From Clostridiaceae bacterium (GTDB lineage: Bacteria > Bacillota > Clostridia > CAYPLH01 > DUMO01), in contig DUMO01000012.1 of assembly GCA_012839865.1 (NCBI GenBank), forward strand, positions 1-41,941: DNA of 41,941 nt. Direction: 5' to 3'. Of this stretch, positions 36,741-41,941 are shown piece by piece (within the stretch, counting starts at the first letter, position 1; each line of letters opens with the position of its first letter). The notes beneath the pieces are model-generated. The model saw only the letters and a program-made list of their open reading frames with translations. It had not been told where the DNA came from and did not search any database. The position numbers and the translations under genes were made by a program.

Positions 36741-36898
36741 CGTCTTGCTCAGTTTTGACAAATTACTTGCAGTACTTGCAATTGCCGGAACATGCACTCC
36801 CGCAGCTGCATTTTTTATTTTTTGCATCAATGTAAACTTTCTTTAAAGCAAAGATGAAAATAACTGCAAATACCAATCCAATTATTACATTTCCCATA

Positions 36899-38920
36899 CT
36901 ATACCTCAACTCCTAACTTGATACGTTTAACCTCTGCTTTCCTGATCATTATAACAACACCGGTAAAAATCAGTATCGAAACTCCTATAGCCGGTACAAA
37001 GCCACTGGCCGGTTTCCCATACATGATTAACGAACCCGCCTGTGAAGCAAGCATTGCCAGGGTGTAGCCTACACCAAGTTGAAAAGCCAGGGCTCTAAAC
37101 AACCACTTTTTTGAACCCATTTCCGAATTCATGGCTCCGATTGCCGCAAAACAAGGCGGTGTAAACAGATTAAATACAAGATATGCAAATGCTGTTACCG
37201 GGGTAAAAAACTGCGTCAAAGCACTTCCCGGTACATTTAAAGCCTCTTCTGAAGCCACTGATAAAAGTACTGCCAGAGTTGCCACTACATTTTCCTTGGC
37301 AATAAACCCTGTAATTGCTGCCGCTGCAAGCTGCCAACCCACAAATCCCAGGGGGATTAAAAGAGGAGCAATCGCTCTTCCCAAAGTTGCCAGAATGCTC
37401 AAACCCTGGTCTTCCACAGGTCTGAAATTCCAGCCAAAAGCCTGAGCAAACCAAACCAGCGTATTTGATACAAGAATAATGGTAGTGGCTTTCAGTATAA
37501 ATGCCTTCGCCTTTTCAAACATTTGCCAAAAGGCATATTTCATGCTTGGTAATTTATATTCCGGAAGCTCCAGGATAAACTGGGATGTGTTTTCCCATAC
37601 AAAAATCTTCTTCAGTAAAAGTCCTCCGATAACAATTATCGTAATGGCAATTAAGTACATGCTTGGCCCTACCCAACCCTTATCCGGGAAAAACACTGCT
37701 GAAAAAAGGGCTATGATGGGAAGTTTTGCCCCGCAAGGTACGAAGGGAGTAAGGATGGTGGTCATTCTTTTTTCATTGACATCTTCAATGGTTCTCGTTG
37801 CCATAACACCAGGAATTGCGCAACCTGAACCTACGATCATCGGAATAATTGATTTTCCCGACAACCCTATTTTTTTGAAAAACCGGTCAAAGACCAATGC
37901 TACTCTGGCCATGTATCCACTGTCTTCCAGAAGCGCCAGGCAGAAAAACAATATCATAATCAAAGGCAGGAATCCTATTACAGCGCCGACTCCGCCAATC
38001 ACCCCGTCAACAATCAGGGCTTGCAGCAGGGGATTAATATTCAAACCTTCCAGAAATCTATTTACCGCATCAGGAACAATCTCTCCGAAAACCACCTCAT
38101 TGAAGTATTCAGACAGGTAACCCCCCAGACCTCCAATGGAAAACGAAAATACAGCCCACATGACTGCAAAAAATATTGGTAAGCCCAGCCATTTGTGGGC
38201 AACAATACGGTCTATTTTGTCATAAAGGTTTATCTTGGTGGCATCTCTCTTTTTGACCATGCATTTTTCAACAATTTCATCTACAAATTTCTGCCTGGCC
38301 ATATCTTCATCATCAGAATTATTCACTGGAAAATCAGGAGCAGTTTGAGGTTTCTCCTCCTTGCCTGCTCTTATTGCTTCCCTCATTAAGTCATTCAAAC
38401 CCTTTTCCGTGGATGCTGTAATTGGAATTACGCTGCAGCAAAGTTCCTTGCTCAGAGCCTCCAGATCTACAGCATCACCTCTTTTGGAGACAATATCGCT
38501 CTTGTTTATTGCAATTACTACGGGAATTCCCAATTCCAGGAGTTGTGTTGTGAAGAAGAGACTTCTGGATATATTTGCTCCGTCCACGATGTTGATGATT
38601 ACATCCGGTGCTTCACCTAATATGAAGTCCCTTGTTATAGCCTCTTCACCTGTAAAAGGTACAATAGAATATGTACCTGGAAGATCCACAATTTTTATAG
38701 CGGTTCTGTAAGGATTGAATTTTTTCTTAAGAAATGCTTCCTTCTTTGCAATTGTAACACCAGGCCAGTTGCCTGCAAATTCTGTTTTTCCGGTAATTGC
38801 ATTAAATACTGTAGTTTTTCCTGAATTCGGGTTGCCCGCAATTGCTATTTTCATCAAGCTCATCTTTTCACTCATTTCTTTACCAACTTTATCCGCATTA
38901 CCTGTCAGCGTCATTTTCAC
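36899..38920 (-). CDS. feoB: Ferrous iron transport protein B
   Basis: GNPNSGKT, NWPGVT, DLPG, NKSD, LEDSGYMARVA, GCAIPG and PFVPCGAK motifs. Start GTG 38920 after GGAGG. Confidence 0.96.
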   Translation of the reverse strand: MKMTLTGNADKVGKEMSEKMSLMKIAIAGNPNSGKTTVFNAITGKTEFAGNWPGVTIAKKEAFLKKKFNPYRTAIKIVDLPGTYSIVPFTGEEAITRDFILGEAPDVIINIVDGANISRSLFFTTQLLELGIPVVIAINKSDIVSKRGDAVDLEALSKELCCSVIPITASTEKGLNDLMREAIRAGKEEKPQTAPDFPVNNSDDEDMARQKFVDEIVEKCMVKKRDATKINLYDKIDRIVAHKWLGLPIFFAVMWAVFSFSIGGLGGYLSEYFNEVVFGEIVPDAVNRFLEGLNINPLLQALIVDGVIGGVGAVIGFLPLIMILFFCLALLEDSGYMARVALVFDRFFKKIGLSGKSIIPMIVGSGCAIPGVMATRTIEDVNEKRMTTILTPFVPCGAKLPIIALFSAVFFPDKGWVGPSMYLIAITIIVIGGLLLKKIFVWENTSQFILELPEYKLPSMKYAFWQMFEKAKAFILKATTIILVSNTLVWFAQAFGWNFRPVEDQGLSILATLGRAIAPLLIPLGFVGWQLAAAAITGFIAKENVVATLAVLLSVASEEALNVPGSALTQFFTPVTAFAYLVFNLFTPPCFAAIGAMNSEMGSKKWLFRALAFQLGVGYTLAMLASQAGSLIMYGKPASGFVPAIGVSILIFTGVVIMIRKAEVKRIKLGVEV

Positions 38921-38956
38921 CACACATTCCTCCCTGAGACAAATATCCGCCCATTT

Positions 38957-38975
38957 GATATTGAAAATCATTATC
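38957..38975. promoter_or_regulatory. Fur box upstream of feoB
   Basis: GATATTGAAAATCATTATC, 17/19 match to GATAATGATAATCATTATC. Confidence 0.8.
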
Positions 38976-39040
38976 ATTAACTAGGTAAATATAAAATGCT
39001 ATTTGATTCATAGCATATTTACATAACAGTCAAATTTATC

Positions 39041-39277
39041 TTATGCACTTAATACTATGGACTTGGCCATATTTTCATCCATCGCATATCTGCTGTCCTT
39101 GATATTTACCACATAATTCCCGGCAAGCTTGGAAATAAGGGTGATTTCTTGTCCTTCAAAACATCCCAGGGTAAAAAGAAACTTTTTCACCTTATCCTTG
39201 CCTTCAATCCCTTTGATTTTATATGTTTCACCAATCTTGGCCTTTGATAATGGCATACTCGCATCATCTACCTTCAT
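39041..39277 (-). CDS. feoA: Ferrous iron transport protein A
   Basis: MPLSKAKIGE...FLFTLGCFEGQEITLISK...IKDSRYAM; SH3-like FeoA pattern, upstream of feoB. Confidence 0.92.
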   Translation of the reverse strand: MKVDDASMPLSKAKIGETYKIKGIEGKDKVKKFLFTLGCFEGQEITLISKLAGNYVVNIKDSRYAMDENMAKSIVLSA

Positions 39278-39310
39278 AATTTATTTTCTATTATTAATAT
39301 ACCCTCTTAT

Positions 39311-39345
39311 TGAAAGAGATTATCATTTTCATTTAAAATTGTCAA
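39311..39345 (-). promoter_or_regulatory. feoA promoter overlapped by a weaker Fur box
   Basis: TTGACA-N17-TAATCT overlapping AATGAAAATGATAATC (about 13/19 match to the Fur consensus). Confidence 0.6.
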
Positions 39346-39370
39346 GAATAAATTACCTGCAAGCATAGTA

Positions 39371-39418
39371 AGACAAGGGACGGTTAATGTGGGCAGGACA
39401 GGGGACGGTTCTGTGTCC
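39371..39418 (+). repeat. Two forward REP-like units at the 3' side of the RAYT gene
   Basis: AGACAAGGGACGGTT (39371-39385) and GGGCAGGACAGGGGACGGTTCTGTGTCC (39391-39418). Confidence 0.88.
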
Positions 39419-40172
39419 TATTTTTACATCTCTCTACAATCCCTTTACTTACCCCTGTTAATCTGCTAATCTGCCTTATCGTAAGCCCCTCTTCACTCAG
39501 TCTTTTTATAAGATAATTTCTTATCTTTTTGTCTATTTTTTGAAACTCAGAGGCATTTTTACACTTCGCTATTTTCCATATTATTTCCTTTGCCTGTTCG
39601 TCCGTCAAATAAAAGGACCGCTTCATTACATCTAGGCAAATGTCCCTGCTCGTTTCTTTATGTAACTCTTCCAGTTGTTTTCTGTTAATCATGGTCAGAA
39701 TAAAATCAACATCCACTAATAGGTTATTTTGAGGCTCCATATAACAATTGTAGCTACTGTATGGGTATTCTCCAACATTTTTGGTTAATCCCGCTTCCAC
39801 TGGATTTTGGTGTATATACCGCAGCACACTCAATAAGTATTCTTCATCCTCAATTGCCTCGCTTCGGAATCTGTCTTGAAACAGGTGCCCTACTCTTTTA
39901 TATTTTGTATTGTACCAGTAAACATACCGTCCACAAATTCTTTTGAATATTTTGTCCAATGGTTCATTTTCAACCTTCATTAGCAAATGGATATGATTTC
40001 CCATAAGGCAGTATGCATATAGCTTATACCCGCAAATTAATTTACACTCACTCAACACTTCCAGAAATTTTTCGTTGTCTTCCCTGTCTTCCATTAACTG
40101 TTGTTGGTTAATACCCCTTAACATAATATGATATACTCCCGTTGAGCTGAATCGCCTTGCTTGTCTTGGCAT
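39384..40172 (-). CDS. REP-associated tyrosine transposase (RAYT/TnpA-REP-like, Y1 HUH) with C-terminal HTH
   Basis: MPRQAR start, YHIMLRG, YCLMGNHIHLL (HUH), RVGHLFQDRF, YIHQNP (catalytic Tyr), YPYSSY, and C-terminal LTIRQISRLTGVS. Intact 262 aa, RBS GAGGTG. Confidence 0.9.
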   Translation of the reverse strand: MPRQARRFSSTGVYHIMLRGINQQQLMEDREDNEKFLEVLSECKLICGYKLYAYCLMGNHIHLLMKVENEPLDKIFKRICGRYVYWYNTKYKRVGHLFQDRFRSEAIEDEEYLLSVLRYIHQNPVEAGLTKNVGEYPYSSYNCYMEPQNNLLVDVDFILTMINRKQLEELHKETSRDICLDVMKRSFYLTDEQAKEIIWKIAKCKNASEFQKIDKKIRNYLIKRLSEEGLTIRQISRLTGVSKGIVERCKNRTQNRPLSCPH

Positions 40173-40191
40173 TACACATCACCTCTGGGTT

Positions 40192-40221
40192 ATTTTACTA
40201 TTTTGGTAGTGTATATGTCAA
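40192..40221 (-). promoter_or_regulatory. Sigma-A promoter of the RAYT gene
   Basis: TTGACA-N18-TAAAAT, 20 bp upstream of the start codon. Confidence 0.6.
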
Positions 40222-40260
40222 GACAGGCAGTCCTTCCCTTATTTTTTTGAATAAAAAACA

Positions 40261-40331
40261 AGACAGAGAACCGTCCCCTGTCTTGATTTATTCAGGAAAA
40301 ACAGGACAGAGAACCGTCCCCTGTCCCGCCC
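40261..40331 (-). repeat. Two reverse REP-like units at the 5' side of the RAYT gene
   Basis: AGACAGAGAACCGTCCCCTGTCT (40261-40283) and GGACAGAGAACCGTCCCCTGTCCCGCCC (40304-40331). The latter is 26/28 complementary to 39391-39418. Confidence 0.9.
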
Positions 40332-40335
40332 TGTC

Positions 40336-41670
40336 TTATTTCTCCAGAACCTTTTTATATGGCGCAACCATGCCTTCATTTATTTTATTCCCTGCTTTAG
40401 CTCGTAGTTTTGGAGAAGACATTAGGGCACCTACAAGATACATTTTCAGAGCTGTCCATTTTTTCTTTTGAGGGAAGTCATATAATCCGTGCTTTTTATA
40501 GAAGCGATGATCAGCTTTCATCATGCCGCGCATCAGCCAGATAAGGTCCCTGAAAACTTTCATTCCGCCAACACCTAAAAAGTTCCTGGGCTGGGTATAC
40601 TTATGACTAATTGCATAGTCAAGTCTTTCAGCAAGCCTGTCTATTTCTTCATCCGGGTTCGTTTCATCACATGCAACTCCTGCGAGGAAGTTGCCTCCTA
40701 CCTCGCTTCGTCCTTCAATAATCATCTGGAGGTTGACCTCTGATGGATAGTTCCCGCTTATCAGGTATCCCACCGGTTTCCCCATGGTCACTGTTCTGTG
40801 ACCATTGCAAAACTGCCTGTCATCATACATTTTAATGGTGAAACCCATGGAATGGTCCCTGATGGAAAAAGCATATACAATTGCATCCGCAGTCTGTATT
40901 TTATTGCGCAGGAAATCATCAAAACCGTCCTTATAAATACATTTACCGTCGACCGCACAGTTAAAGCAGCCTAAACACCCACCCTGGAAAGGATACTCGG
41001 AAATATTGACAATACGGCTCTTATATTTGAACACTGAACGGAATCTGTCAATCATATCATTAAGCTGCTTGTCATCCCTGGAGCAATCCGTAACTATGAC
41101 CACATCCCCGCTCTTTTTATCCTGGGCCGAAGGAGCGGGAGTAACCGGACGATGAGCGGGAGCAGTTACTTTTGGGAGAATGGTTTCATATACATCATTC
41201 TTAACACACCAGCAAACATATTCAAAAAAGTCTTTTGCATTATTTTGCCCACTTTCTGTCAGGAGGTCATCCATGTCCGCAGACAGTCCCCTAATGTACT
41301 TCATGCCAAGGTCCTGACAGTTCTCCTGAATAAATTTATGTGCAGTTACATCATAAAAATGCTTTGAAGTAGTAATCTGAGTAACAAATTTCCCTGACAG
41401 TTCAATGTCATATGCCTTCAAAAGTTCTATAAACTTGTGTAACTGGCTTGGAGCAATAAATGTATATACAGGATAAGAAAAAATAATCAGATCTGCACTT
41501 TTAAAGGCTTCAGTTATATATAAGAAATATTCTTCAATAGATTTTATTCGCTGAGCAACATGAAAATACTGAAATTTATGCTCCGGAAAATTTTTCTCCA
41601 AATACAATGAAGTTTGCAATGTGATGCTGTACTTCCCTCTAGGGCTTCCGTTCAAAACGACAACTTCCAT
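40336..41670 (-). CDS. NAD(P)H-dependent oxidoreductase, tandem flavodoxin-like domains (iron-sulfur flavoprotein-like)
   Basis: VLNGSPRG and FSYPVY FMN-reductase motifs; the second domain has GCLGCFNC...GKC; RBS AGGAGG. Confidence 0.82.
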   Translation of the reverse strand: MEVVVLNGSPRGKYSITLQTSLYLEKNFPEHKFQYFHVAQRIKSIEEYFLYITEAFKSADLIIFSYPVYTFIAPSQLHKFIELLKAYDIELSGKFVTQITTSKHFYDVTAHKFIQENCQDLGMKYIRGLSADMDDLLTESGQNNAKDFFEYVCWCVKNDVYETILPKVTAPAHRPVTPAPSAQDKKSGDVVIVTDCSRDDKQLNDMIDRFRSVFKYKSRIVNISEYPFQGGCLGCFNCAVDGKCIYKDGFDDFLRNKIQTADAIVYAFSIRDHSMGFTIKMYDDRQFCNGHRTVTMGKPVGYLISGNYPSEVNLQMIIEGRSEVGGNFLAGVACDETNPDEEIDRLAERLDYAISHKYTQPRNFLGVGGMKVFRDLIWLMRGMMKADHRFYKKHGLYDFPQKKKWTALKMYLVGALMSSPKLRAKAGNKINEGMVAPYKKVLEK

Positions 41671-41816
41671 ATTATCCTCCTATATGACAAGATGCAGAAA
41701 ATTTTAAAAACGTCAATTTTGAAGGACTGCCAGAGTTTAAAAACCAGGCAGTATTTTTTCAAGCACACCTCTTCTTTTTTACATTATCTGTTTTATTATA
41801 CCATACTTTTGATTAG

Positions 41817-41941
41817 GTGAACTACATCGCCATTGAAATGGCGAGCTTCGAGCTCTCAACGAAACAATGACTGTTCCATCGGTACGCTTCCGGGGTGTCC
41901 AAACCCTCTACTGCTGGAATGGTTTTGTGGCCATTCCTACA
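41817..41941 (-). mobile_element. Right end of an IS200/IS605 (tnpB-type) element; the body lies beyond the right edge
   Basis: Minus strand ends GAAGCTCGCCATTTCAATGGCGATGTAGTTCAC, with hairpin CGCCAT/ATGGCG and the terminal GTAGTTCAC typical of tnpB elements. Confidence 0.72.

Noticed and set aside
39384..40172. Ordinary IS200 TnpA insertion sequence
   Set aside because: At 262 aa with MPRxxR, GHLFQDRF and YIHQNP motifs plus an HTH tail, it fits RAYT-like proteins rather than ~150-aa IS200 TnpA. It is flanked by multi-copy repeats and has no tnpB.
41652..41762. 36-codon minus-strand ORF (LKKYCLVFKLWQSF...) with a GAGGTG RBS upstream of the flavoprotein
   Set aside because: No recognisable motif, and it overlaps the downstream start out of frame. 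It cannot be supported without Ribo-seq, though a leader peptide is not excluded.
1258..41820. The many 60-230 aa ORFs in the track that overlap larger genes antisense or out of frame (e.g. 2565-3266, 29927-30418, 37479-38120)
   Set aside because: They shadow well-supported genes, lack RBSs and show no recognisable motifs.

Overview
A 42-kb chromosomal window from an anaerobic, probably spore-forming Clostridia-type Firmicute. This assignment is inferred from PFOR, a T-box, a DUF3787 spore protein, Fur boxes and sigma-A/ECF promoters. The left half is mostly metabolic: a partial sulfatase, an alpha/beta hydrolase, a Leu-specifier T-box controlling a TIM-barrel/acyl-CoA-synthetase fusion, a glutamate-synthase-like FMN protein, PFOR, CoA-disulfide reductase-rhodanese, hflX and nagB. 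The right half is stress and transport: two ECF sigma/anti-sigma pairs (one sigma frameshifted in an A8 tract), a CofE-like ligase with a divergent LysR, two ABC export systems with a NarL-type two-component system, an M24 peptidase, a MarR operon, feoAB and a flavoprotein. The main hidden structure is a REP-associated tyrosine transposase (RAYT-like) gene at 39384-40172. It is bracketed by two-plus-two inward-facing GC-rich hairpin repeats with the core GGGACGGTT. The same core occurs 10 times exactly plus once as a variant, always intergenic or at a gene end. These copies include a transposase-less 176-bp cluster with the same ++/-- layout, which suggests a clostridial REP/REPIN-RAYT system. 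Two TnpB-type (IS200/IS605) right ends ending in TCAC and a third weaker IS-like hairpin are also present; none has a tnpB gene inside the window. All family assignments come from motif recognition by eye; no database searches were run.
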